The notes below the pieces were generated by a model. It was not told the DNA's origin. It made no database searches and was given only the letters and a program-made list of their open reading frames with translations. Positions 53,816 to 64,000 of a DNA stretch of 64,000 bases are shown piece after piece. Origin of the DNA: a virus. The DNA lies in IMG/VR virus record IMGVR_UViG_3300022602_000033. One strand, written 5' to 3'. How positions within the stretch are numbered: position 1 is the first letter of the stretch; each line of letters starts with the position of its first letter. A program made the translations under genes and the position numbers.

Positions 53816-55150
53816 ATGATCAGCGTCACACTACTAGGTACCACATACGATCAGATCAACGTCGTTGGACAGAAGGTCCAAGGCGCTGGTTACAACAACA
53901 CGGTTGGTAATAACCATACTGTGAGCATCAATCTGGACAACTTCATAGGCCGCATCTACATTCAAGGAAGCTTGGCCACAGATCCCAAAACAGACAGCGA
54001 TTGGTTCAACATACCCATAGGTAACGGCACAGCATACGTACAGTTCCCGCTTGATCCAGCCCTGCCCACAGGTTATAATCCTGCGCTCAACCAATGGCCG
54101 GCTAATCAATATCCCAATACACAGCAGGGTGATACAGGCATATTTGCCTACAGCTTCAGCGGCAACTACATATGGCTCCGAGCAGTGGTAGACAGGACCT
54201 ATTTGGTACCGCCGCCTACTGATCCTTACTTTGTTGGAGCGGTCAGCCAGATACTGTTGAACTTTGGCGCTGTGGCCGGTAGCAGCACGCTGCCACAAGC
54301 AACCAACACAGGAGGTGCTCAAGGCCCTCCTGGACCTCCGGGTCCCACGGGTCCTAACAGCACTGGTCCCACAGGCGTGGCCGGACCAACTGGTCCTGCA
54401 GCTAGTGGTGCTTTCCAGCGCTATGACAGCTATGCTAGCCCAGGTCAGACAGTTTTCTATGCCACATATGTTCCCAATTATGTGGACGTTTACTACAATG
54501 GACTGCTGCTGGTACCAGTGAATGATTACACTGCCACAGACGGTTCCACAGTGGTATTGACCAGCTCAGCCCTGGGTGGTGACCCGGTAAGCATCGTGGC
54601 CTGGGAGATAGCAAACATCAGTCAGCTCACAGGTCCTACTGGTCCAAGCGGTGGTCCCATAGGTCCCACAGGTGTGACGGGTCACACAGGAGTAACCGGT
54701 CCAACCGGTCCCACCAGCACAGTGCTGGGTCCAACAGGATCAACTGGTTACACTGGTCCCACTGGATCAACTGGTGCTACAGGAGCAGCAGCCACCAACT
54801 TGATCAGCTTCAGGCTGCTGTTTAACAGTGGTATAATATTGCCTACCAACTACGTGGACAGCTGTGTAAACATTGATCCATCACGGATAACCAGGGCCAG
54901 CGACACTCAGATCACTGTGTTACACAACATGAATGCCTATCCGGGCATGACCACTTGCCAAGGCGGTCCTCTGGCTCAACCAGCAGGTGCATACAGGCAG
55001 ACCGTACCAAATGCTGCTACCAGCGGTAGCTACAGCGCTCTCAGCTTGGATATCAACACTACCAGCTTATTCGCTCTAACGCCGGGTAACACAGGCATAC
55101 CAGCCAGCGGCAACGGATATCTCTGGGTTTCCATGATATTCTCTGGTTGA
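53816..55150 (+). CDS. Virion protein with Gly-X-Thr collagen tracts
   Basis: [15 protein letters not shown]...F.GNY.W.RA N-domain, GPT tracts, [15 protein letters not shown] module. Confidence 0.8.
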   Translation: MISVTLLGTTYDQINVVGQKVQGAGYNNTVGNNHTVSINLDNFIGRIYIQGSLATDPKTDSDWFNIPIGNGTAYVQFPLDPALPTGYNPALNQWPANQYPNTQQGDTGIFAYSFSGNYIWLRAVVDRTYLVPPPTDPYFVGAVSQILLNFGAVAGSSTLPQATNTGGAQGPPGPPGPTGPNSTGPTGVAGPTGPAASGAFQRYDSYASPGQTVFYATYVPNYVDVYYNGLLLVPVNDYTATDGSTVVLTSSALGGDPVSIVAWEIANISQLTGPTGPSGGPIGPTGVTGHTGVTGPTGPTSTVLGPTGSTGYTGPTGSTGATGAAATNLISFRLLFNSGIILPTNYVDSCVNIDPSRITRASDTQITVLHNMNAYPGMTTCQGGPLAQPAGAYRQTVPNAATSGSYSALSLDINTTSLFALTPGNTGIPASGNGYLWVSMIFSG

Positions 55151-55163
55151 TAGAGGCATAGGC

Positions 55164-57368
55164 ATGGCATCCATATTACCAATCCTCACTCTGTACGTAG
55201 ACAACATAACCATAACCCCGCTGTCATACTGGCCTGTGGACGAAGGCCCTGTGTACGGCGAAGATCAATGGTGGCAAGGTGGTCCAGCACCGCAGCCCTA
55301 TCAATGGACCATGACTGCCACGATCACGCAGCAGAATCACAGCAGCTTCAGCACACCTCAGCTATACATCTACGATGGTCTAGACATACAAGTGGGCATG
55401 TGGTATGGCGAAGCTGCAACTGGCAAATGCACACAGATAGTGGATATCATATCAGCTAGCGCAGACAGCATCACCTGCGTGATAGAGGACACAGGTCGCT
55501 GGGAACAGTTTAGTGCACCAGATGGCATCGCTGCCACAGGCGATCCTGGTTTTATATTTGCCATAGATGAGGATGGCATACCTGTATTCCATACTCTCAC
55601 GCTGTACAACAGCTTCATCCAACCCTATCCTGGTTTTCTAGAAGACGTGATCAGCAAGTTTGAGGCACGCAACCTCAAGCAGAATCTGGTAACAATACTG
55701 CAGCCAAGCAATGGTTTCGCAGTAGGAGACATTATCTATCTAGGTCCAGATGGATTTTATCGCCAGGCTGTAGCCAATGCCGCAGTAAACACAAACGTGA
55801 TAGGCACAGTGAGGCAGCTGGGCATACCAGGTTATGACTATTTCAGCTGGGAGCCTCGAGGCAAGATACTGTACGATCTCAGTGGTTTGCCCGGCAATCC
55901 CGGAGATGTGCTCTGGTTGAGTCCGGACACTCCTGGTGGACTAACCAGCACCAAACCCGCAGCTCTGGCCATGCCAGTATACATCAAGATCAACGACAGC
56001 AGTGCCGTCAAGCTGGCACAGGTTGGCTTTGTTGCACCACTGGATAATTTCACTGCTATAGTACCGCCTAGCATCACCGACGACGAGACACAAGGCTACG
56101 GTTTTGGCAGCCAATGGATAGACATAGCCACACACGTAGCCTACATCTGTATAAATCCAACCACAGGCAATGCCAATTGGCAGGTGCTGGGCGCCGGGGG
56201 CGGAGCCACAGGGCCCACTGGTCCACAAGGTCCAACTGGAGCGGCAGGCACAGCCACAAACACAGGTGCCACAGGTTACACTGGTCCCACAGGCGCAGCA
56301 GGTCCAACAGGTCCCGCAGCGTTGGGTGCGTATGCCAGATTTGATTTCACTGCGACCACTGGCCAGAACGTGTTTTATGCCACGTATTATCCAGGATATG
56401 TGGATGTCTACTATGACGGCGTGTTATTGGCACCCAATCTCTACACTGCTCTCGATGGTGTGTCGGTAGTACTAGCTAATGCAGCAATCGGAGGCGATCC
56501 GGTCACCATCGTGGCTTGGCAGATAGCTGGTGTGAATCCCACAGGAGCCACAGGAGCCACAGGTGCAGGACCAACTGGTCCGACTGGTCCAGCCAATGTG
56601 GGTGCTTTCCAAGAGTACAACTTCTCAGCCAGCAGTGGCCAGACTGTATTCAACTGTGCCTACGTGCCACCATATGTGGAAGTCTATGTGAACGGTGTCA
56701 AGCTCACACCCAGCGAGTTCCAAGCCAACAATGGCACAGAAGTCATACTGAACGCAGCCAGCGTGGCAGGTGATACCGTGGACATCATAGCTTGGAGCGT
56801 GAGCACAGTCAGCCAGCTCACTGGTCCAACCGGTCCAACCGGCACTGCTGTGGGTTATTTTGTCAGCAACATAGCTGTGCGCGATACGTTAACGGTAACA
56901 CAGGGTACCATAGTCTATGTGTACGACGACGGCAGCGGGCACAACCAGGCATACCTAGCAGCTCAGCTTGGTCCCACTGTATGGATCCCAATAGGACTCA
57001 ACACAGATGGTCTCAACATAGGCAATAGCACCAGCGGTAGCCAGACTTTGGATTATACTTTCCTAGCCCACGGCACGTATGCAAGCAGCAACACTGTCAT
57101 CGTGGGCACCATGGTCCCATCGGTGACCGTTACTAACATAGACGTGGCTATACTCACTGCGTTCAACGATCCAAACACTGACTTCACGGTAGGCAGTCCT
57201 ACCAATCCAAGCCTGCTCATGGCCAACACGCTGATCGATGCTTCGACCGTGGGCACCTATACCACTGCCCTCAGTTATCCTGTGACACAGGTCACTACTA
57301 TAAACGCCTATGTGGGCGTCGGCACCAGCACGCAGGGCTCGTGGCGCATCACAATGACCTATAGCTGA
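55164..57368 (+). CDS. Virion protein with collagen tracts and repeat modules
   Basis: Two YVDVY/YVEVY-type modules between GPT tracts. DDETQGYGFGSQW motif. Confidence 0.8.
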   Translation: MASILPILTLYVDNITITPLSYWPVDEGPVYGEDQWWQGGPAPQPYQWTMTATITQQNHSSFSTPQLYIYDGLDIQVGMWYGEAATGKCTQIVDIISASADSITCVIEDTGRWEQFSAPDGIAATGDPGFIFAIDEDGIPVFHTLTLYNSFIQPYPGFLEDVISKFEARNLKQNLVTILQPSNGFAVGDIIYLGPDGFYRQAVANAAVNTNVIGTVRQLGIPGYDYFSWEPRGKILYDLSGLPGNPGDVLWLSPDTPGGLTSTKPAALAMPVYIKINDSSAVKLAQVGFVAPLDNFTAIVPPSITDDETQGYGFGSQWIDIATHVAYICINPTTGNANWQVLGAGGGATGPTGPQGPTGAAGTATNTGATGYTGPTGAAGPTGPAALGAYARFDFTATTGQNVFYATYYPGYVDVYYDGVLLAPNLYTALDGVSVVLANAAIGGDPVTIVAWQIAGVNPTGATGATGAGPTGPTGPANVGAFQEYNFSASSGQTVFNCAYVPPYVEVYVNGVKLTPSEFQANNGTEVILNAASVAGDTVDIIAWSVSTVSQLTGPTGPTGTAVGYFVSNIAVRDTLTVTQGTIVYVYDDGSGHNQAYLAAQLGPTVWIPIGLNTDGLNIGNSTSGSQTLDYTFLAHGTYASSNTVIVGTMVPSVTVTNIDVAILTAFNDPNTDFTVGSPTNPSLLMANTLIDASTVGTYTTALSYPVTQVTTINAYVGVGTSTQGSWRITMTYS

Positions 57369-57388
57369 TCACTAGTATGCAGCTAAAC

Positions 57389-57394
57389 TAAATA
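57389..57394 (+). promoter_or_regulatory. Late promoter core (ACTAAATAC)
   Basis: Intergenic, upstream of ATG 57436. Confidence 0.7.
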
Positions 57395-57435
57395 CTGCCA
57401 GCTGTATTAGCCAAGATCTGCGAGCTGGGAACAGG

Positions 57436-60400
57436 ATGACGCTGCCAAATAATCCAACATTTGACTTTGCACTGAGCGGCGTCTCTGGCGATGTGACTTT
57501 CGGCAAGGGCGGTCCCAGCATCGCCTCGGTGAACGGCGAGCTGCAGTTCTTTGACGCCAACGGTCTGCCAGGCAACATCACGGTCAATCAAGGCAATTTC
57601 ACAGCCATAGGTGTGGGCACTAGTACCATCAGCTATCCAGCAGATATCTGGGGCAACATACACATAGGCAACACTGCAACCACCAGTGGCATCATATTCC
57701 CAGATGGAACCTTCCAAGGCACTGCAGCTTTCTATACTCCGCCAGGTGGCAGCAATGGTGCCGTGCAGTTCAACGAAGGCAACCTTTTCGCAGCCAACGC
57801 TCTGTTCACCTTTGATAATGCCAACATTAGATTGGGTATAGGCACAGCCGTGCCGCTGAGCACGCTGGACCTGCGTGGTAACCTGCAGATCAGTAACACA
57901 GCCGGATTGACAAGCGGTATCATCTTCCCAGATGGCAGCTTCCAAGACACTGCTGCGGCCAACACTCCCAGCTTTGGTTATCCTGGTACCATGCAATTTG
58001 CTGGCAATGCCAACACCTTCAGCGGCGACAGCAGTCACCTAGTCTGGGATAGTGGTAACACAAGGCTCATAGCCAGCAATCTTCTGATCAACAGCAACGC
58101 AGCTACCTATGGACCAACCAGTGGTGCGCTCCAGGTGCTGGGTGGTGTGGGCATAGTTGGCGATGTTAATGTGCTGGGCAACATCATTGGTAGCAGTAAC
58201 ACCATCATCGTCAGCAACAGCGGCGTGTTCTTTGGCGATAGCTATGGTTTTGGTGCCTTGTATGCTGGTATCCGATCAGGGTATGTCTATCAGCCAAACA
58301 CAGTGTTGCAGCTCAGCGCAAACTCTGACGACTATGCTCAGCTTAACCTGCAGAACATCAATCCGGGTGCCGCAGCCAGCGGTGACATGGTAATCACTGC
58401 AGACAACGGCAACAACAACGATACCTACATAGATCTGGGCATCAACAGCAGCACGTTCGACCAAGGCACCATAGACGCTGCCAACGATGGTTACCTCTAT
58501 GTGTCCGGCAATGCTGTTACTGGAGGTGGTAACCTAGTGCTGGGCACGCTGGCTGCCAATGACATTGTATTTGCACAGGGTGGCGCTGACCCCAGCAACG
58601 AAGTGGCCAGATTTGTGTATGGACAGGGACTGTCACTGGAGCTGACCACTGCTAGCACAGATCCTCTCACCGGTGCCCTCACTGTGGCGGGCGGTGTTGG
58701 CATATCAGGTGATGTGAACACTGCTGGTGCCATGCACGTGGCTGGTGCGGCAGTGTCCGGAAGCCTTACCAGCAATACCACAATACAATCGCCAGGTACT
58801 ATCACAATCGGTGGTGTCAACAGCAATGGTAGCATAGTCGGCTCCCAAATAACGTCAAACAGCAGCATACAAGCTGCCACGCTGATCAATGGCCAAAACA
58901 TCGTAAGCAATGCCACGATCACAGCTGGAACCAGTTTGCTAGCAGGCAGTTTGATCAGCAACAGCACCATACAGGCAGCCGGTAACATCACCGTGGGTGG
59001 CGTGAACAGCAATGGTACCATAGTTGGCAGTGCTATCACTTCCAACAGCACCATACAAGCAGCTGGCAGCATCACAGTTGGAGGTGTAAACAGCAATGGT
59101 ACCATAGTTGGCAGTGCTATCACCAGCAACAGTACCATACAAGCCGCTGGCAACATCACCGTGGGTGGTGTGAACAGCAATGGCAGCATAGTTGGCAGTG
59201 CTATCACTTCCAACAGCACCATACAAGCAGCCGGTAACATCACAGCTGGTGGCGTGAACAGCAATGGTACCATAGTTGGCAGTGCTATCACTTCTAACAG
59301 CAGCATACAAGCAACTGGTAACATCACAGTTGGAGGTGTGAACAGCAATGGCAGCATAGTTGGCAGTGCTATCACTTCTAACAGCAGCATACAAGCAGCT
59401 GGTAACATCACAGTTGGAGGTGTAAACAGCAATGGTAGCATAGTGGGCAGCCAGATAGCTTCTAACACTACCATACAAGCAGCTGGGTTGGCCACTGTGA
59501 ATGCTCTGATTGCCAATGCCAACATCTACGGCGCTAACCTAAACATCACAGGCGCAGCGCAGGTCGGCAGTCTCATAGGCAATAACAATGTGTTTGGCGC
59601 CACGCTGCAGAGCAGTGGTCAGGCCTTGGTTGATAGTTTAACTGTCAACAATGCATCTACCACTAACACGTTGAACGTTCGCAGTGCAGCAGTGGTTGCC
59701 ACTCTGAGCAGCAACTCTGCTATCAGCGCACAGGGATTGATCAGCGGCGCAAACATGCGCAGCAACGGCTTTGTGGAAAGCGCCACGCTCAAGACCACTG
59801 GTTTAGCTGTGGTCAATCAGTTGATCAGCAACACAGAAGCCACTGCCAACACGCTAAACATCATAACCAATGCTGTGGTCCAGACACTGACCAGCAACAC
59901 CAGCATCCAGGCTGGTACATCGGTGTTAGCCAACACCATCAACAGCAATCTCAGCATAACCTCACCTGCTATCAATGCGCTGAACAATCTCAGCAGCAAC
60001 ACCATCACCAGCAACGTCACGCTCAATGCCGCTACAGTGAATGCCAGCGGCGTGGTTCGCATCACCAACACTGCTGTGAGCGGTAGCACAGGATCTGGTG
60101 CTCTCATAGTCACAGGCGGTGTTGGCATAGGTGGTAACCTCAACGTTGGCGGTGTGCAGAGCCTGTTTGCTGGCAACTTGATAGTCAGCGGAAACCTCAT
60201 CGTTCGCGGTAACAGCACCATCGTGAACAGCAACACCATCAACGTCACTGGTCCCACCATCCAAGTGGGATCTGACAACACAGAAGGCAACGTGCTGACC
60301 TACAACGATGGCTATGATCGCGGCATAGTGATGAACTATTTCATCCTCAATGACAACAATGCCTTCATGGGCTTCCAGAACAGCACTGGTAGGTTCGTTT

Positions 60401-63400
60401 ACATCACCAACGTGCAGCCCGGTGTGAGCAACCTGTTTAACCCATTCGAATCTGTGCCAGGTTATGTTTATGGTACCGCACAGTTTGGTACCATGTACCT
60501 CAGCAACAGCACCATCAGCATCAACAGTGCCACTGGTGCGCTGGTGGTGTCAGGTGGCGTGGGCATAGGCGGAAACGTGAACGCCCTTGGCCAGATTGCC
60601 ACCACAGGACAGGGCAGGTTTGGACAAGACCTGCTGGCCAACCAATTGAATTCCAATGCTGCTATCAGTGCCGTTGGCCTGGTCATAGGCAGCAACATAC
60701 ATGCTAATAATGAGATAAGTGGAACTAATATCAGCGTTACCAATAAGGTAAGCGGCGATCTCATAGCCGCTAACACCAGCGTGACATCGGCTGGCATCAC
60801 GGCACTCAACAACATCACAGGCAACATACTGGTTGGCAACCTAGCTGTGATAACACCAAACGTGCAGGCTACAACATTGGTTGCTGCTCAGAACATAATC
60901 AGCAACAGCAGCGTGGTGACCACCACGCTGTTCACTGGTGGGCAAGCACAGGTCAATGCTCTTAACAGCAACACCAACATCAGCAGCTTCAACATCAGCG
61001 CGACCAATCTGATCACGTCAAACGTCTTGGTTGCCAATGTAGCAGTGAATGCTCCTGCTGTGACTGCCAGCACGCTGCTCACTGGTCAGAACATAGTGGC
61101 TAACAGCACTGTGGTTAGTACGTTGTTGGTCACAGGCGGCTTGGCCACTGTGAACGATCTGATCAGCAACAACAACATAACCACCGCAACCATCAACAGC
61201 ACTGGTGCTGCCGTGTTTGGTAGCGTGACCAGCAACAGCAGCATACAAGCCGCTGGCCTAGCCACAGTTGCCAATCTAATCAGCAACAGCAACATAGTCA
61301 CTACAGAACTCACTGTGGGTGATTTGGCCATTGTGGACAGATTGGTCAGCAACTTATCGGTGAACACGGCTGTGGTCAACTCTGATGTGATCAACAACAG
61401 CAGCAACATTTTCACATCTAAAATCTTTTCAACTGACGGTCAGTTTGCTAGTTATATAGAATCTAATTCTATTTTTTCCAACACATATATCCAAGCAGGT
61501 GGCTTGTTATTAGCTGCCTATATTGTGTCAAATGGTTTCGTAAACAGTGATAGCATGACTGCCAATAGTTTCATATTGAGTAAGCAGATCACAGCTTCCG
61601 ATTTTATAGAATCTAATTCTATCTTTTCCAACACATATATCCAAACAGGTGGCTTTTTATTAGCTAACTCTATTGTTTCAAATAGCTTCATAAACAGTGA
61701 TAGCATGACTGCCAGTAATTTCATACTTGGCAAGGAGATCACAGCTGCCGAAACCATCACAGGTAACGAGGTAGTTGCCAACGTCAGCATCACAACCACC
61801 GGATTTTTGCTTGCAAACAGCATAACCAGCAATACTATTATACAAGGTCAGGCTGCAGGTATTTTTGGTTCTCTGTACAGCAACTCGTTCATTCAATCGC
61901 CTGGGTCAGCAATCGTTGGTAGCTTGGCCAGCAACAGCTACATACAGGCTCCCAATACCATAACAGGCGGCGTTGTAAACAGCAATACTTCGATCACTGC
62001 CAACGGATTGATACTGGGTGCCAGCTTGGTGAGCAACAGTACCATACAAGCAGCACAGACTGCCACAGTTGGCAGCTTGGCCAGCAACGGCGCCATCAGC
62101 GGCGACAGCTTGGTCATAAGAAACAGCACAACCACCAAGGATCTCACTGTCAATGCCACCATATCCGCCAGCAATCTCACGGTATCTAACTACACCGTAT
62201 TCAACGTCATAGTCAGCAACACCAGCGTGACAGCTGGTACCTACATCAATGCCAACCAATTCATAGCCAATGTGAACGTGGGTATTGGCACGGCCACAGT
62301 GCGGTATCCGTTGGACATCTATGGCAACATACACATAGGCAACACGGCCAGCACCACCAGCGGCATACTGTTCCCAGATGGCACGTTCCAGGATACCGCT
62401 GCTTTCTATACTCCAAGCTTTGGTTACCAGAACACCATACAGTTTGCAGGCAATGCCAACACCTTCAGCGGCGACAGCAGCCACCTAGTCTGGGATAATG
62501 TCAATCTGGCTCTTAACACCAGCAACCTTGTGGTGATCAACAATGCCAACATTGGTGCAAATGCCAACATTGGCATGAACGCTACCATTGGTAACAACAT
62601 CAACTTGCTTGGTAACCTCAATGGCAGCAACACCACGGTCATGCAGGGCAAGACTGCCATACTGCAGGGCGGAGCGGGGGGATTTGGTGCGCTCTATGCC
62701 GGTGTTCAGGACTATACCAACTATCAACCCAACACAGTGGCTCTGTTCGCAGGCAATGCCAATGCCACTGTGCAGATAGGCGTTCACAATGACAGCAGCG
62801 GTGGCACAGCCAGCGGCGACATAGTGATCACAGCCAACAACGGATCAGCCTACGATACCTACATCAACATGGGTATCAACAGCAGTGGTTGGAACCAAAA
62901 CACAGTTGATGGTGCCAACGACGGCTATCTAGTGGTGCATGGTAACACTACCACAGGCGGTGGTAATCTCATACTGGGTACCATACTCAACAATGACATC
63001 ATATTCACGCAAAACGGAGTGAATGCTGCCAATGTGGCTGCCAGACTGGTATATGGCCAGGGATTGGTAGTGTATGGCTCTGCCAACAGCTACAGCACTT
63101 CCACCGGCAGCTTGGTAGCGGGAGGCGGATTAGGTGTTGGTGGCAATGCCTACATAGGTGGGGCTCTTTCTGTGGTCAACAGTGCTGTGTTCAACAGCAA
63201 CATCTCTGTGGCCACAGATGGTGCATTCGGTGGCAATGTCAGCCTGCTGGGCAATCTCACAGTTGCTCAGAGCAGCAACATCGCAGTTGATCTGGTGGTT
63301 GGCAATAATCTCACAGCATATTCAGGCAGCATAGGCAGCTTGGATAGCATCAACAGCCGAGGCTTTGCCAACGTGCAGGTTCTGCAGAGCAATGGCCATG

Positions 63401-63735
63401 TGAGCGGCAACACCTGGGTGGTAGATGGCAATGCCTACACCAGCACCAGCAGCTTCCAACAGGTGGTAGACAGCTGGAGCACCAACAGCTTCCGCACAGC
63501 ATGGTACATGCTGCAGGTAACCAACACAGTGAACAGCAGCTATCAGGCCAGCCAGATCATGCTGATACAGGATGGCACAGATGTGTGGCTCACCGAATAT
63601 GCAGACATCAACACCAACGGTGTGCTGGGTCTCTGGGAAGCTGACATCGTGGCCGGCACCATAGAACTGCTGTTCACTCCAGTCAGCAGCCAGAACATGG
63701 CCATCAAGGTAGTGCGAACCACAATAGATATCTAA
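57436..63735 (+). CDS. Giant fibre protein, 2099 aa, paralog of 18361..29802
   Basis: Shared FPDG.FQ.TAAFYTP, YPLDIYGNIHIGNTAST and DG.DRG modules. C-terminal DSW..FRTAWY..QV...YQASQI..DG..TEYA domain. Confidence 0.85.
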   Translation: MTLPNNPTFDFALSGVSGDVTFGKGGPSIASVNGELQFFDANGLPGNITVNQGNFTAIGVGTSTISYPADIWGNIHIGNTATTSGIIFPDGTFQGTAAFYTPPGGSNGAVQFNEGNLFAANALFTFDNANIRLGIGTAVPLSTLDLRGNLQISNTAGLTSGIIFPDGSFQDTAAANTPSFGYPGTMQFAGNANTFSGDSSHLVWDSGNTRLIASNLLINSNAATYGPTSGALQVLGGVGIVGDVNVLGNIIGSSNTIIVSNSGVFFGDSYGFGALYAGIRSGYVYQPNTVLQLSANSDDYAQLNLQNINPGAAASGDMVITADNGNNNDTYIDLGINSSTFDQGTIDAANDGYLYVSGNAVTGGGNLVLGTLAANDIVFAQGGADPSNEVARFVYGQGLSLELTTASTDPLTGALTVAGGVGISGDVNTAGAMHVAGAAVSGSLTSNTTIQSPGTITIGGVNSNGSIVGSQITSNSSIQAATLINGQNIVSNATITAGTSLLAGSLISNSTIQAAGNITVGGVNSNGTIVGSAITSNSTIQAAGSITVGGVNSNGTIVGSAITSNSTIQAAGNITVGGVNSNGSIVGSAITSNSTIQAAGNITAGGVNSNGTIVGSAITSNSSIQATGNITVGGVNSNGSIVGSAITSNSSIQAAGNITVGGVNSNGSIVGSQIASNTTIQAAGLATVNALIANANIYGANLNITGAAQVGSLIGNNNVFGATLQSSGQALVDSLTVNNASTTNTLNVRSAAVVATLSSNSAISAQGLISGANMRSNGFVESATLKTTGLAVVNQLISNTEATANTLNIITNAVVQTLTSNTSIQAGTSVLANTINSNLSITSPAINALNNLSSNTITSNVTLNAATVNASGVVRITNTAVSGSTGSGALIVTGGVGIGGNLNVGGVQSLFAGNLIVSGNLIVRGNSTIVNSNTINVTGPTIQVGSDNTEGNVLTYNDGYDRGIVMNYFILNDNNAFMGFQNSTGRFVYITNVQPGVSNLFNPFESVPGYVYGTAQFGTMYLSNSTISINSATGALVVSGGVGIGGNVNALGQIATTGQGRFGQDLLANQLNSNAAISAVGLVIGSNIHANNEISGTNISVTNKVSGDLIAANTSVTSAGITALNNITGNILVGNLAVITPNVQATTLVAAQNIISNSSVVTTTLFTGGQAQVNALNSNTNISSFNISATNLITSNVLVANVAVNAPAVTASTLLTGQNIVANSTVVSTLLVTGGLATVNDLISNNNITTATINSTGAAVFGSVTSNSSIQAAGLATVANLISNSNIVTTELTVGDLAIVDRLVSNLSVNTAVVNSDVINNSSNIFTSKIFSTDGQFASYIESNSIFSNTYIQAGGLLLAAYIVSNGFVNSDSMTANSFILSKQITASDFIESNSIFSNTYIQTGGFLLANSIVSNSFINSDSMTASNFILGKEITAAETITGNEVVANVSITTTGFLLANSITSNTIIQGQAAGIFGSLYSNSFIQSPGSAIVGSLASNSYIQAPNTITGGVVNSNTSITANGLILGASLVSNSTIQAAQTATVGSLASNGAISGDSLVIRNSTTTKDLTVNATISASNLTVSNYTVFNVIVSNTSVTAGTYINANQFIANVNVGIGTATVRYPLDIYGNIHIGNTASTTSGILFPDGTFQDTAAFYTPSFGYQNTIQFAGNANTFSGDSSHLVWDNVNLALNTSNLVVINNANIGANANIGMNATIGNNINLLGNLNGSNTTVMQGKTAILQGGAGGFGALYAGVQDYTNYQPNTVALFAGNANATVQIGVHNDSSGGTASGDIVITANNGSAYDTYINMGINSSGWNQNTVDGANDGYLVVHGNTTTGGGNLILGTILNNDIIFTQNGVNAANVAARLVYGQGLVVYGSANSYSTSTGSLVAGGGLGVGGNAYIGGALSVVNSAVFNSNISVATDGAFGGNVSLLGNLTVAQSSNIAVDLVVGNNLTAYSGSIGSLDSINSRGFANVQVLQSNGHVSGNTWVVDGNAYTSTSSFQQVVDSWSTNSFRTAWYMLQVTNTVNSSYQASQIMLIQDGTDVWLTEYADINTNGVLGLWEADIVAGTIELLFTPVSSQNMAIKVVRTTIDI
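58957..59460 (+). repeat. Six tandem 84-nt (28 aa) repeats SNSTIQAAGNITVGGVNSNGTIVGSAIT
   Basis: Unit starts at 58957, 59041, 59125, 59209, 59293 and 59377. Confidence 0.9.
61455..61751 (+). repeat. Two tandem 150-nt (50 aa) AT-rich repeats
   Basis: atctaattct at 61461 and 61611; taaacagtgatagcatgactgcca at 61541 and 61691. Confidence 0.85.
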
Positions 63736-63738
63736 CAC

Positions 63739-63767
63739 TTGAAATAATCAGCGATCTGTGTTATCAT
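63739..63767 (+). promoter_or_regulatory. Sigma70-like promoter TTGAAA-N17-TATCAT (extended -10)
   Basis: Upstream of the GGAG RBS and ATG 63792. Confidence 0.6.
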
Positions 63768-63791
63768 CATACGATAACATGGAGTATGATT

Positions 63792-64000
63792 ATGACTGAT
63801 CCACGCAAGAGAATGATCTGGGTTCGGTTCCAGAAAGAAGGCATCCACAAGTATCCAGCAGCATTGACAGATCCTGCGTTGGCCACGGGCGACGAGTATG
63901 ACGTCAGCTTCCTGGGCTATCCGCATCGCCACATCTTCCACTTCCAAGTTTGGATCTCAGTCACGCACAATGACCGTGACGTGGAATTTTTACAGGCAAA
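63792..64000 (+). CDS. QueD/PTPS-like T-fold protein, 5' part (not in ORF track)
   Basis: MTDPRKRMIWVRFQKEGIHKYPAAL...FLGYPHRHIFHFQVWISV.HNDRDVEF. The His + HxH metal-ligand pattern matches phage QueD-like proteins. Confidence 0.65.
   Translation, partial: MTDPRKRMIWVRFQKEGIHKYPAALTDPALATGDEYDVSFLGYPHRHIFHFQVWISVTHNDRDVEFLQA

Noticed and set aside
58497-59525. Long antisense ORFs (also 37306..38346, 30070..30681, 34456..35043 and many others)
   Set aside because: Shadows of repetitive, codon-biased genes on the other strand, with no RBS, promoter or protein-like motifs.

Overview
This 64 kb window looks like part of a large tailed (jumbo, T4-like/myovirus-type) phage genome in the standard genetic code. 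About 50 kb (1-39888 on the minus strand, 53816-63735 on the plus strand) is an array of virion fibre, adhesin and baseplate-type genes. These include two giant Asn/Ser/Thr/Gly-rich paralogous fibres (3813 and 2099 aa), four proteins with Gly-X-Thr collagen tracts, three S74 autochaperone fibres, glycine-rich adhesins and small fibre chaperones. Most transcription units start at a T4-like late promoter core (TAAATA). The middle block (40004-53776) holds phoH, a phosphoribosyltransferase, a holin-like TM+GAF protein, and a dnaJ-def-clpA operon. It also holds the most unusual element, a tightly coupled 7-gene sugar-modification operon (43281-48708): BcbE-like nucleotidyltransferase, cupin, a form IV RuBisCO-like protein lacking the carboxylase residues, a GDPD/PI-PLC-like protein, a putative glycosyltransferase and two GT2-TPR glycosyltransferases. 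My main hypothesis (inference) is that the phage makes an unusual ketose-derived or branched sugar with the RuBisCO-like enzyme and attaches it to its own Thr-rich BclA-like collagen fibres. A QueD-like gene begins at the right edge. All family calls come from motif recognition by eye; no database searches were run.
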